A program made the translations under genes and the position numbers. A stretch of 64,000 nucleotides of DNA from an uncultured Clostridia bacterium. Lineage in GTDB: Bacteria; Bacillota; Clostridia; Christensenellales; UBA1242. How positions within the stretch are numbered: the stretch's first letter is position 1; each line of letters starts with the position of its first letter. This document shows positions 46,201-61,200 of the stretch, one piece after another. Below the pieces are notes generated by a model. It was not told the DNA's origin and ran no database searches. It worked only from the letters and a program-made list of their open reading frames with translations. Where the stretch lies: the NCBI GenBank assembly GCA_947598785.1, contig CANQFL010000001.1:12563-76562 (forward strand), written 5' to 3'.

Positions 46201-49200
46201 TTAGACGAAAAAAATCTTGATGAAAATCAAAATAAAGATTCAAATTTTGGTACATTAGTGTCAGGGTTAGCTAGTGAAGTTAAAGAAAATAATAGGTTTG
46301 ATATAAAAATTAAAAAAGAAGAAGACAAGGCTTTATTAGAAAATTACTGCTTCTATAATCTTATCGGCAATTATACTTTTGATATTTCTATCAGGAAAAA
46401 AGTGGTGACTTCAAATTTGGATATTGGCGATAGTATTTATTTTGCTATGACCCCATATTTTGAAGAAAAAATTAATAAAGTTGAAATTGCTAATTATTCT
46501 GATTCTATTACTACTACTTTTGAAGATATTTCTACAGATATAAGTGGAGATTATAATTTTGTTGGGTATGATTTTGTTAATAATCAAATGATTTTTGGCA
46601 CTCAAGGATATGCTAAAAGCACGGTAAATCTTGAATTAGATGATGCAAATCTACTTGACACAGATTATAGATTGAAAAAAGTTAATGATGCCTTAATAAT
46701 GAGGATAAATGAAGAATATTACTTTAAATATACTATTGAAAATAGGGGAGATTTAGAAAATCCTTTCTATTATGTTTCATTGTATGAGTGCTTAGATATA
46801 AGTCCATATACAGCACAACAATTAGTTGGTTCAATTTCTGTTGGAGAAAGTTTTGAGATTACAAACACAAGCAATTTTTATGCAATGTCATATACAAATT
46901 TTAGTTTAATTTTAATAACAGATGACGAAAGTACATATTTTGTAACCAAAGTATCAAATTATGATAGCGAAAAAAATATTAATGTTTTGGGACATATTGC
47001 TGAAGATGAAAGCAAAGCAAATAAACTTTTATATGTTTATGGAAAAGAAAACTTTAAATTTGTTGACTTTGATGATGAAGAAGGCTATATTAAAGCAATA
47101 GGTCGATATACTAAAGCAAAATTTGACATTACTTTCAAATATTTTGACCCAGATAATATCCCTGACACTTTTACAAATTCAGTTACTAATCCTTATATTA
47201 AAACTATCAGTCAAACCTTGGATATTGTTGAAAATAATCAATTTACTATTGAAATAAATCCAAATGATTATTTTAAATTTTATGATATTGAAGGCACTGC
47301 TATTTTAAAAGATGACGCTAAAGAAGGAATTAAACCTGAGAACAAATATAACATAGAAATTACTTATAATGTTAATACTTTAAGAGATGCTAGTGGTGAA
47401 GATAAATCAGATTCACCTTATACAGATGACAGTGGAGCAGTATTAAAATATTTAACAAAACAATTTACTGTTAATTGGATTAAATCAAACTCAAATAATA
47501 ATTTGAATTTTGTAGCAAACAATATATATTATGGACATTATGACATCGTTATTTATTTAACTGATGTGAAATATTCTGTAGTTTTTGATGCAAAAGGAAT
47601 ATCTTTAAACAATTTACAATCATTTATTGATGGAGTTAATGATAAAAATTCTTATTTAGCTGATTATAACTTGATTGATATAGATGATATGGCTCAAAAT
47701 TTGGTGACCTTAGAAATTAATCAAGATGCTTTTGATTTTGCAAAAGAAACAAGAAGTTCAAATATTGTTGATGATTTAGGGCAAGGTATTTCTACATTTA
47801 AAAAAGAAGAATTAACTACAAAAGATGTTTTGCATTTTACATCAAATGCGTCTAGTGCTTACATTTTCTATGGCTGGTTAATAAGAAACAATATAGGAAG
47901 ATATATTTTAACTAACAATCTTGAACTTAATTATGATACTCTCTACTATTACTCTCATGATTATTCTTCTATTTATAGGTCAACTGAAGGCGTTAGCAAT
48001 ATTGAACATCAATTTACTGTTATTGCTGTTTTCCAAATAAAACAAATGACTTTCTCACTTTCTGATGAAATTTTAATCCAAAATTATATGGGTGGAGAAA
48101 ATCAATCATTTATTTATGGAAATAACAGTTTGGACATAAGTGGAAATTTAAAATCTGGAAGCGTACCTATTGAACGTAATGCTGTAACTTATTTTTATAA
48201 ACAATATGATTATTTAAAAAATATACCTTCTCAAAACATTAAAAACCTCAGCGTAGAGTTAACAGGAAGAGATATTATTGGTTATGATTTTGTAGGGGTT
48301 GAAATTTTAGATTCTAATAATGAACGTGTTGAAAATGGATTTTTTGATAAAGATTCGGGAACGCTAGATGAAAGCAATAAAATCTTATTTACTAAAGATT
48401 ATGTCGATTTTGTAAATGGTATTTTAGAAAAACAAATTCAAGAAAATAAAGTTTATTATTTAAGAGTTATATTAAAACAAAAATTCATTCAAATTGTTTT
48501 TCATTCTGGAACAGGACTAGATAATGAATATGGTGACGGTAAAGCAGGATATGTTTATGATGAAGAAAATGAAGATGTTACCGACACTACCTATACAACA
48601 AATAATATTTATTATGGCGAAAGTTTAAGATTCGATGATTCAGAAACAATCAGTTTATCTGATGGAAGAATGGTTAGTGCTAGCAGTTTATTCCCTTATC
48701 GAAAAGGATACCAGGCCACGGGTTTATGGCAATGGTTAGAATTCCAAAGTATTAATTTTACATTAAATGCTCAAATTTATGATGCTAAAGATAAAGATGG
48801 AAAGATTCATATATTTAAACTTTGGAAAGCTAATGATTATACAATCACTTTTGATGCTTTAGACGGTGTTTTTGGGAATGGAAAAAATAGTTATGAAATC
48901 ACAGTTAAATATGATAGTGTTTTTGATTTAAAAAATGTTCCTACTGAACAAGATTCCGGATTGAGCAAAGTTAGTAAAGTGGGTTATGAGTTAAAATATT
49001 GGGCTTTAGTTTCAGATGACACTATTAATTTCTTTGAAATTGATGGGGCAAATAGTATTCTTCTATACGATGCAAGCAATGGTATAAACAAGTATTTTAT
49101 TCAAAATCGTAAAGATAATGGGAACTTTGAATATATATTCTGCTTTGATGGTGAGTTTACATTACAAGCTGTTTGGCTAGAAAAAAATTATAAAGTTAAA

Positions 49201-52200
49201 ATTTATTATAATAATGGAACTGAAAATTTTGCTGAGGAAGATATAAAATACAATGCTAGTTTAAATGAAATCCTTGCTAAATATAGAGCCTTAACAACAG
49301 GTACAGGACCTACTATTTTACGAGCAAGGTTTAGTTATGGTGGACTTTTCCCTTCTATTAAAGGTGTTGTATATGAAAATAATGAAATCGTTGAAAATAC
49401 AACTTTTAACAATGAATTAATAGGATTCGTAGATGATGTAGATGAAGGTTTGGTTCTTTATATTAAATGGCTTTATGATAATACTGAAGCAAATCCAAAT
49501 AGATATGAGTTTAAAATTTTAAACACAGAACACAGTTCAATTAAATATAATGGACAAAATCAAGAAATATCTCTTTTTGATTTCTTAGAAGGTGATAATG
49601 TTGATTTAAATGGTTTTTCATTAGAAAATGGTATTGAACTTTTAGAAGAAAACAATGCTGTCAATATGACATGGACTTTAAATGAACAACCAAACGCAAC
49701 TTCATTTACTGTAAAATATGCTGGACAATATTCTATTGAATTAGCATTTATTTTAACTGAAGATGATTCAATTAAAATGAAAGCGACTAATCTTTCTACA
49801 ATTCCAACCATAATGCTTACTATTCTTGTTGAAAAAATTGACGTTGATATTGTCAAGAAAGATAGCAATGAATTTAAAGCTTTACTTGCTAAAGAAATTA
49901 TGAATAATTATCTTACAGAAGAAGAAAAAACTGGAGATGAGAATAATTTTAATTCTTTAAAAACATTGTCAGAAATTGTAAATTTTGTTAAAAGAAAGGA
50001 AGCAAAAGCAAATATTTCTGAAGGTCAAAGTGTGGAAGAATATATCTCACAAAACTTTAGCGACATAAGTGATGATTTGATTTATGAATTCATTATCGCT
50101 AAGTATTATTTGCTAACTATGTGCTCTTCTGGTGCTGACCATATATTGTATAAATCTTGGAAATATTCGGATTATGTTGAATTTAAAGCAAGTGATGAAA
50201 ATAGCGCTTTAATTTCAGAAATTCAAGCAAATACTTCTTTATTCCTTTTCTATAATCATAACGACAAAAATTTAACTAATGAAAATATAATAAGCAAAAA
50301 CAAAGATATGATTTATGGCTTGGAAAATGTATCTACAGAACTTAAAATTGAGGAAGTAACAGTTGTTTCAACTTTTGGCTCTATAACTCCAAGAAATTTT
50401 GCTGATATTAGAGTTTATCTTACATATCCTATGGAATCTCAAAAACAAATTATTCTTAACAATTATAATGTAGAGAAAAGTGGCAATAGATACTATATAA
50501 CATTTTCAACGGTATTTATCCTCCCTGAGATTTTGTTTACTGAAAATAATTCATTAGAAAAATCTGTTTATTATCGAGATACAAATACAAAAATAGAAAT
50601 TGATTATTTAGCTTCTGAATTTGAAAAACCTTCTATTCAAGAACCAGACCCTACCTTGTATGCAATGTTTGGAAGAAATTTCTATTTAATTGATTCTTCT
50701 GAAATGCTTTATGTTTCTGCAAGAGCCTACATTTCTAATTCAGGAAGTGCTTTACAAGATACTCAATTCTCATATAACCAAGATAAAAATTATATTTATT
50801 TTGATAATATAATCATTTTGAAAAGAGCTTCTTCTTCATCAAATAATTTTGATAATGTTACAAGTTATTATAAACTTGCTTTAAATGATAATTGTATATT
50901 TACCATTTTAAATGTTGTCGATGTTGCTTATCTTCAAGTCCAGGCTAAATATTTTACCTTTACAAATGGTATGTTCTATTCTGAAAATGCCACAGATGAT
51001 GAACAATTATTGACCTTTACAGAAATTGCCTATAACTTAACTGAAGTAGGAGAAAACAAAGTTGTTTCTCTTACTCAAGTTGGCGATATTATTGTTGAAG
51101 GTACAAAAGTTGGAGAAGTTATTTCAATAAATGGAAATACAATTTCAATGTATGTAAACAAGGCTATAAAGCAAGTTAGCATAAAAGCGAAACAAAATTT
51201 TGAAAATGAATCAAATTTTGCTATTTATAGTTGGTCAAGATTCTATGTTTCTCAAATTGATGCAGGTATGAATCCAGCTGAAAATGTTTCATATACTTGG
51301 AATCGAGAAGATGAAGAAATGGAAGAAAATGACCTTACAAGCATTTATCTTTATGCCACTTATACCGATTTGGTTTGTGTTGATTATAATTTGAATCTTC
51401 CTGAGTCTGTTTTAGGGTCAAATCCAGCTCTCACTCGTGCATACATAAAACTTGACAATACGACTAAAGAAAATTTATTAACTCCAACAATTTCAGGATT
51501 TAAACTTTCAAAACTTACTTATCAATCTGAAGAAGGAATTGAAACGGAGTATTCAAATTTGTTTTTGAATGGAACAGGAATTTATGTTCCTTATAACAGT
51601 AAAAATAAATATGCAAGCATAACATTAAAAGCTTATTGGTTATTAAATCTTGATGAAAATGGAGAACTTTATCATACCACAGTTCATGAGGGTGATTATG
51701 TCTATAAAGCTGCAGTTTATTCATTTGTTGATGCTTGGAATTCAAGTAGTTTGATAAATTTATCAAATTTCAGTGAAGCAATCTTTAAACCTGTTAGTTA
51801 TAAATGGTATAAAGTAGGTGTTGAAAAACCACTTTCTGAAACAAATTCTTTTACACTTGAAGGAAAGGGAAGTTATTCCGAATCTGGAAAATATCGTTTA
51901 GTTGTTACAGCTGAAGTGCGAGAAGAATTAAGGAATTCAATGGATATAGGTGATGACGGAAATAAGATTATGTCTGCTCAAGTGTCTTATGAATTTACCT
52001 TAATGTTTATGCGTCATAAGATTAGTTCTATTGAACCTAGTGATGTAAATGGTGATTATAATGCTTTAGACCAAATTTTAGATTGGACTTTAAATGTTCA
52101 ATATTCTATTTATGACAATGTTAATGATGACTATTCAAATGAACTTATATCAGAACAAATTAATTACACTCAAGAAACAACAGGTTATGCAAAATTTGAA

Positions 52201-55200
52201 ATAAGATATAATGATAATTTAGTTACTGAAATGAAAAATGTTGGCTCATATTCAATTTCTGCAATTTTCAATGAAGAATATTTTGATATAGAGCAAAGTG
52301 AATCACTAACAGAAGGCAAGTTCACTTTTGATTATCTAATTAGTGCTATTGATTTTGATTTGACTGATGAAGATATCGTTTTATCTAAGAATTTTAACAC
52401 CTATCTTGGAATAAAAGAAGTTTCAACTACTGTTACTCATTCTTCAACTAATGAAATTTTAACAATAAAATTATTAATTAAACCAAATTCTGAGGGATTA
52501 TATGAAGATATTGGCGATTATGACCTTGTTTTCCTAGGAGTAGATGGAGAAAATACCAAAAATTATAATTTTGTTAAATATATTGATGATGAAAGGAAAG
52601 TCCTTTATCAAAATGGAGAACAAACTGATGATGGACAAACTGTGGTTGTAGGTAAATTTACTATCCAAAAAAGTGGTGGTCTTATTGTTAAATTCAAGAA
52701 CGAACCAGTTAATGATAGGGTTACTTATAGTGGTCAAAACTTTAATTTACAAATAAGTGATGACTATAAAATAACAATTTCAAGTTCTGATTACAACAAG
52801 CAATATGATATCAGCCTTTTTGATATAAATTCTGATAGTGAAATTTCTAATGATGAAATTTTGTCAATTCTTAGTAAAAAATTATCCGATTTAATTCTTT
52901 CTTTCTCTCCAACTCCTGCTTGTGTTTGTGGAACATACAAGTATATGATAAGCATGGGCGAAATTTTTGATGATTATTTCTCATCAATCCAAATACCTAA
53001 TGAATATGAGTTCATCATAGAGCAAAAGGAAATCACTATTAATAAAGAAATAATTAAAGTTTATGACGGAAGTGATTTGGCATACTTAGATTTGGAAGGG
53101 AATATTCTTGTAGGGGAAGATGGTAAAACTTTAATTACACCACCTTTAGATAGAGATGCATATATTGTCGCAACATTTATGTTTGGAAAACATTTTGGAG
53201 AAGGTAGCGTTTTACTTAAATTAGATGGTCAAAATGAAGTTTTCTCAAATTATGTGGTGAATGAAACAACAACAGGTAAGATTTTAAAGATGAAAGCATC
53301 TGTTACATTTACCATAAACGAATCATTTATTTATGGAGAAATATCACAATCTAATTTCCGTTCTAAGATTGAAAGAGGACAAATTATTAGTTTGGAGGAT
53401 TCTTCTAGGGGAAATGTTGTAGATGAAATTTTGTTGGCAGAAGGTTATTATTCTATTGGATATGAAATTGCTTTGACAAATGGGCAAAAAGTAAATACAA
53501 GCAATGGTTTCTATTATGTAGGCGAATACACTGTCAAAGTTTCTCCTTCATTTGATGATTTTGATATGACTTATAACAATCCAACCTTTAGGATAGATAA
53601 AAAACCTTATGTTGAAGAAATTTCAGATGATTATATCAGAGTAAGTGCTCAAAGCACTGATGCACAAGTTAAACAAGCATTGAAGAAAATTTATTTAGAT
53701 GGCGTAACTTCTGACCAAATAATTTTGAATTTTAAAGTTCCTGATTTGTTGGGTGATGATGGGCAATATAGACTTAGTGAAGAAAAAGCATACAGGATTG
53801 AACTTGAAAGCATTTCATCAACTTCAGGAGTAGATGTGAATTTTGATATTTCAATTTCTCCTTTTGAAAATAATGGATTTAGAGTGTTACCTGCAGAACA
53901 AACTTTATATGTAGAATTTGAAAATAAAGATTTATTGAATGGAAAAATTTATAATGCAATCGATTACACTCTTTCAACAACTCTTTCTTCATTTACAATT
54001 TCTAATGCAAGTTCAATGTTCTCTACAAATTTGATTTTCTATACACTTAATGATGGTCAAAAAATGGTAAGAACATTTGAAGATGGAACAATTTCTATTT
54101 ATTTCAATGTAAATTCTGATGATGGAAAGAAACTTAAAAATGCAGGACAATATGTTTTATCTTTAGAAGCAGAAATTGGCAGTTTTAAGACTGTACTTTT
54201 TGCTGAAGATTACATTTTTAATATTGGACAAAAAGAATTAACTATAGAAAATGTAACAAAAACATATGACCGTTCAGCAAGTTATACTATGAAGTTAAAT
54301 CAAACTCATGGTGTCTGTGCAGATGATTCTTTGAGTATTGTAGCATACTTTTCTAGCCCTGATGTTGGAGAATATACTGATGTTGAAATTCATTTAAATA
54401 ATAATGCTGTTTCAAACAATTATTATTTGCAAAAGGACAGAATATCTGGTAATATCACTAAAGCAAATGCTAGAGTTGTATTTGATTCAGAAACTGCAGT
54501 TTTTGGTACTATCTCTAAAAACAACGAATTTGATTATAGAATTATTGATGGGTTAGAGCAAGAAATAACTCAATATACTGTTTCATTCCAAATTAATAAG
54601 AATACTGGAGCTGTATCTGATTCTGATTATAGTACACAGGGATATTTACACGCAGGAACTTATAGAGTTGTTATTAGCGCTACTTCAAAAAACTATGATA
54701 TCAATTCTAGTATTGTTGAGTCATTTGTTATTACACCAAAAACAATTTCAGTTGAATTTTCTACACCTGGTGAAATTGTTAGAACTCGTGGTTCAGCAGG
54801 TTGGGATAGTACAATTGTGAATGGCTATTTCTTTAGAACCGACTTATTTGAAGATATTGAACTTACTCTTACAAGAGAACCTGGAAATGTTGCTGGTTAT
54901 TATAAAATCCTTACAGCAAGAGTTGCTGATGACAAACCTTATAGCCAAGATTATAGTGTTGACTTTAAAGGTGATAAATGTGGTGCTGGACTTGGCGCAT
55001 TTATGATTATACTATCTGATGAACCTCTTTATTTGTTGATAAGTTCAGAAAGAACTTTAGAAATAAAAAATGCTGACGATGGTATTTTGGCTAACACAGT
55101 CTATGATGGCTTTATTTATAATAATGTAACAGTTACAAGAAATTTACAAGATAACAAATATTATTTGGAATTGACTTCAACCACTTCAGAACTTGCTAAA

Positions 55201-58200
55201 TTAAAATTTGAATTGAATTTCTATACTTACGCTGAAGGAGTTTATACCCTTTTTGATGATACGGTTGTTGGTCTTGATGTTACAATTCGTTTCAGCACTC
55301 CTATCACTAAAAATGTTGGAAGATATAACATGGAGGCTAACGCTGCAACAAGTGAAAATTATTCTAATATTAAACTAGGCAAAAAAGGAGATATTTTCTG
55401 TTATGTTTTCCAAATTACTCCTAAAAAATTAACTTTGAAGTTTAATGATAATGATTTCCAAGATAATTCAGATGGTACAAAATCTTATGTTAAAAAATTC
55501 ACTAATAGACAAGCTGAATATAGATTTGGTGAACAAGAATCTATCAATTTACTTGATGGGCTTGTTGAAGGAGATAATTTTGTACTCATCTTAAGAATGT
55601 ATAGAGAGGCTGGAGTTTTAGCACAATATGTTAACTCTGGTAATGATTATACTTTTGCAGGAGAAATCTCAGGACAAAATAGAAATAACTATGATTTTGA
55701 CTATTCTTATGTTTTGGTTGGCAATAAACAAGTGAATATTAGAGGGGCAAGAATTATCCCTACCAATTTATATGTTAGAGTTCAAAATATGAACTTTATT
55801 TACGGAGATGTTAAAAGTGGTCAAGATTTGGGAGTAGATTATTTTGTCGATGACTCAATATATGATTTTTCAGGTTATGTAAACACAAATAAAGATAGAA
55901 TAAATATCAAACTTGTTGCACTTGGTGGAGATATTTCAAATTCAGTTTCTTCTACCGGTTTCTTAAATGCTGGAAATCATAAAATGATGCTTGAAATTTA
56001 TAACCTTCCTGATTTTAAAGTTGTTTATAGAATTAATGGTGGTACTGAAGATTTAGATAGTCTTGATAGTGCTCAGTTGATTGTAAGCAAAAAAACTCTT
56101 TCTATATCTAAAAAAGATGGTGGAGTTTCTCTTAGAGATTTATTTACAAAACCTTATGATGGAACTACAAATACTAAAAATATATATGATGGAGACACTA
56201 AACGAAAATATGTCTTTGACTTAAACGGTATTATTTTAGCTGATGATATTTCTGACGATGTATTTATTTCTAATGCTTATTATGAAAAAGCTACGATTGG
56301 AAATCCTATCAACATTAAATTTGAATTATCTGGAGAAGATTCTGAAAACTATGAACTTCTTGATTATAATGCAGGAATTATTACTTCTATTAAAGTTAAA
56401 ATTGAATTTGACACGCAAGCAGATAGAGGTGAAACAATTACTTCAGGTGGACGTCAAATTACAAATGTTGAACTTGAGTTTCCATTTGCAGCAAATGATA
56501 TAAGTGGAAATGTATCAAGTGGAGAATTCCCTTCCGGACCAATTTCTGGTCATGCTGGGCATAAGTTTTTGAATTGGACTCTCATTTTTAAGAATATTGA
56601 ACTTAATTCGACTAAATATCAAAGTTTAAATAGATATACAGGAAGTACAAGTGGTTATAATCAAGATGCTAAAACTTGGACTATTGTTGTAAGTGATAAT
56701 TCAACAACTTTAAATATAATTTCTAATATAATGAATGATAGCAATTTTGATGAGTATTATTATGTAGGCAAAGACAGTGTAACATTTATTTTTACTGCAA
56801 ATTGGGAAATTAATTCTTATAATGTTGAAATCAATATCTTAGATGAAAATGGAAATAAATTTTCAGATGACTATGATGTTTTAAATGACATTGTTTCTGT
56901 TACCATTGAGGGAGAACCAATTGACAAAACTTCAGTTACAAAACCTTTTGCTTTCAATACAGAAATTAACATAGAGTTTACTATAAAAGATACAAGAAAT
57001 GTTGGTTTACAAGGTTTATATATAGGTACACGAAGAATTGGTAGTGGTGATTCTAACTTTGCTACAACTCAAAAAGAAATCAGAATCTTACGTCTTGATA
57101 AAGATTATATTGGTTCAGATTGGGCAATTAATTTAAGATTTAGGATTAAAAAAGTAAAAATTTCATTTAATTTGACTGAAGAAGATGCTGTTTTGAATAA
57201 TGATAGCGATTTCATTCTTGAAAATAATTTGCCTACATATTCGACTGATATAATGGCTTTAAAAGGTAAAACATTAAACGATTTATATACTCTTGCCGAC
57301 ATAAGTTGTTATGGAAAATCAGTAACTTCTGTTGGAGAATTTGATTTAGATGAATTGCAAACCAAATTCTTTGTTGGAGATAATGGTATTTTACAAAATA
57401 CATCTTTAGCAAATGAAGATATTTCAGTTACTTATGATGTTAACTTTGAACCTATGTCCGTTAGTGTTATTTTAGATTTTGGTTTTTATAAAGATGGTAA
57501 TAAAGTTACGCAAGAAATCACAGTGAAATATGGTGAATTGTATTATACTTATTTATCTGAAATTGAAATTCCAGAACGTTTGGGTTATAATTTTGCTAAT
57601 TGGGTTGATGAGGACGAAAATGAAATTACCGAAACAACTCAAATGAATAAAGTTGTTCAACATACAATTTATGGCACATGGACAAAATTAAAAGTAAGAG
57701 TTGTTGTTTATAGCCCTTATGCAACACTTTCTGGATTCTCTGTCAATGACGTAACAGCTTCTCCTGCGACCAATGAATATACTATTAATAATGCAGAATA
57801 TGAAAGTCAAGTTCAATTTATAGTAACACCACGAAAAGGTTACCATGTGGCTGAAGATAGCGTTTGGGAAGAGGCTGGATTTGAAGTTATTGAGAAATCA
57901 AGCGATAACATAAAGGTTCAAATTATTATTCCTATTGAAACAAAAAGATTTGAAACTCAAATAATCGCAAACAAAAATACTGTTTTACTTGTAGGTGAAT
58001 TTATTTCTGAATATAACATTCAAGTTGATGGCGAGCCTATATTAATTGATGATAATACTTTCCAAATTGAAACAGGAAAATTATTTAGAATAACTGCAAC
58101 ACCAATGCAAGGATACATCATTTCAAATGAAATACAAACAGATGTCGAAGGACTATCAATTACAGGTGTTAATATTGAAAATAACATTTTGTCAGCCAAT

Positions 58201-61200
58201 ATCTCTGGAATCGTTCAAGATGTCACATTAACATTTACAACTACTCCAAGACAAAATAGTATTTCTATCAATTTCACTGATGGAGAAGAAATTGAAGAAG
58301 TTAGATATGGTGGAAATACTTATTTCCAATTTGATAATCCAATCATTATATCTGTTGAAACAGGAAATAATTTGAATATTGAAGTTAAGTATAAACATGG
58401 TTACACATTGGATACTTGGACAAATTCTGATAATATCAACATTTTAAAATCTGATAATGAAGATTATTTCCAATTTGAAATTAGTGGAATTTCAGATGAT
58501 GGCTATCTCAATCTAAATTCTAAAAAATTACAATATAAATTAATTGTCAAAGTAGTTTCTTATGGACGTGATGAAGAAGGGGCTGTTGTAGAAAAACAAA
58601 TTAAGGAAAATATTGCTTGGGTTAATGGTAAGCTGAATGAAGATGGAGATGGAGAGGATATTATCACATATTTAGAACAAGCAACTCTTACTATCAAATC
58701 GGCTACAGGATACACCTTTACAGGTTGGAGAAAAGAAAACTCTATGACAGTGTTCAGTAGAGAAGAAACTCATTTATATACTGTTGAAGATAATGAAACT
58801 ATATATGCAGTTTTCTCTGAAGGAACAAATATTGTAGAACTTGGAGCAGTCCTTCATACTGTTATTTATTCAGAATATAATGAACCATCTAAAACATTAG
58901 AAACATTTACAGATTTTTCAAGTGGTAAATTCTTTAATCAAGATGGACAAGAAATTACTTCAATACCTTTAAGCTATGGAGCTAGTGAGGCCATTAAATT
59001 TGAAGTTCCAGAAGGTTATTTATATGCCGGATTTGGTTTCCGTGATTTTGATGAAACTTTCTACTACACTAGAATAGAAAGAGAAACAAATGAAGATGGT
59101 TTAATTACTGAGTATGTGTCAGGTAATCAATTAGGTTCAAATACTGATAAAATTTATTTAGTTATTGAAGCAAGAGAAATTTCAATTAATGTTAGTTCTA
59201 AATTAAATATCTCTGACGAAATTCAAGAGGACACTAGAAATATAGGTCATATTGAAATAGGTAAAGAAGACTATGAAATAAATGAATATGGTTATATTGA
59301 TGGAACAAACACACATTATAAATCAGACAACTTTAATTCAGAATCTAAATTACCAAATCCTATCGGAAATTATCAAATTATTACTTACACAGGTGAAAGA
59401 TTTTTAATTAAAATCAAAACTGAAAGAAGAGGATATGTTTTTGATGGTATTCTTCTTAATCAAAGTGCTTTGTCAAAAGTTTCTTACAGAGAAATAGATA
59501 GGAATGAAACTGAAGCTACTTATGAAATTTTTGATATTGTTGCTACTAAAAATTTTGATAGTTTTGATTTGAATGTAATTTATAAACCTATTTTGAATTT
59601 CATTGATTTGTCTTTCATAGATGGAAGTGAAAAAGTTAATGGTGGGGTATTCAACATCATTATTGATGAAAATTATAAATCTCAAGTTTGGGGCGTAAGT
59701 GGCTATTATGATACTAGTGTAACAGCATATACAGATACGATTTTTGAGGTTAGTGTTTATATTAGGGCTGGATATACTTTTGAAAATGTTTTAGATAACA
59801 TTATTGACGAAGAAAGTTTGATTGTAAAAGAAAGTATTAATTATTTGCCATTAAGCATTGAAAAGACTGGTTTTACAGGTAAATTAACATTTACTGTGAT
59901 GAATTATCATGGTGAGAATGAAATTAAAATCAAACTTACTCCTTCCACTTACGATATCATATTTAAAGATGGAGAACTTGAGTTATTAAGAATTGAAAAT
60001 GTTGCATTTAATTCTTATGTTTCTTTAACAGCAGAGCAACAATCACAAATCATGGTTGAAAAAGAAAACTATGTTTATCAAGGTTTCTTTACTAGAGAAA
60101 ATCGTGGTGGTGGAAGACAATATATTAACTCTTCTGGTGAATTTATTGGTAGATGGCTTGAAAATGGATATGAATTAAATTCAATCACTCCAACTGAATA
60201 CATATTATCTGAAAACGCTAAAATTGTAGATGGTAAAATTGAAATTTCTTTATATTTGTATATGTCTTATTTAAAAACTTTAATCAAAATCAAACTTTCT
60301 CCAAATTTAGACACAAATTATACTGCTGAAGATATTGTCAGTGGAATTGATTATACAAATTCATGGTTCTACATTTCATCTCCACTTGAAATTGAAATTG
60401 CATATAACACAAACATATTCTTTAACGCTCCTAACATTGCAGGATATAAATTTTATAAATATTTAATTACAAACACTTCTGGCAGTGGCATTGTTTATGA
60501 TGCTGTTACATCTTATAGAGAAAAAACTGCATGGGTTACAGATAGTACAGATAATTATGTATTGTGCGAAGTGGAAATTGTTTATTATCGAGAAATTTCA
60601 GTACGAGTTAGAGGTGGTGTCGGTGGATATAGTTTGATTCAGTATGAGTATGTGACCGGAGAAGATGGTAGTGTTACTCAAACTGATGTAGATGCTTATG
60701 CTGCTGACCTACTAGCACAAGGCTATTATGACTCTACTAAAGTTTTGTATGTTCGCGCTTCAAGTGAAGAAATTGACGAGGGGTATGAGTTCTATTCTTG
60801 GTCTTGGGCAAATCGTCCAAATATTGCAATATTTGATAATGAAGGAACGATACAAATTTATTCACAATCCTCTCAAATTAGATTAATTTTAACTCTAAGG
60901 GGTGTTGAAGTTAATTTAAATATTACTTCGCCAAATAATTCTCATGGAAGAATATTTAGCATGGAAGTACAAAATTTTGATGGTGAATATCAAGATGAAA
61001 TTTTAAATCCAAAACAAGAAAAAGTAAGAGTTGGTGATAAAGTAACTTTCGCAGTTGAACATGATAATGGTTTTGCTGTTATTTGGAATAGAAGCGACAT
61101 CAATTATGTTGGTCATAGTAATGGATATTCATATTTTGAATTTGACATTTCTCCTGAACTTGCAAATTCTACAGTCACAATCACACCAAATTTTGAAAGT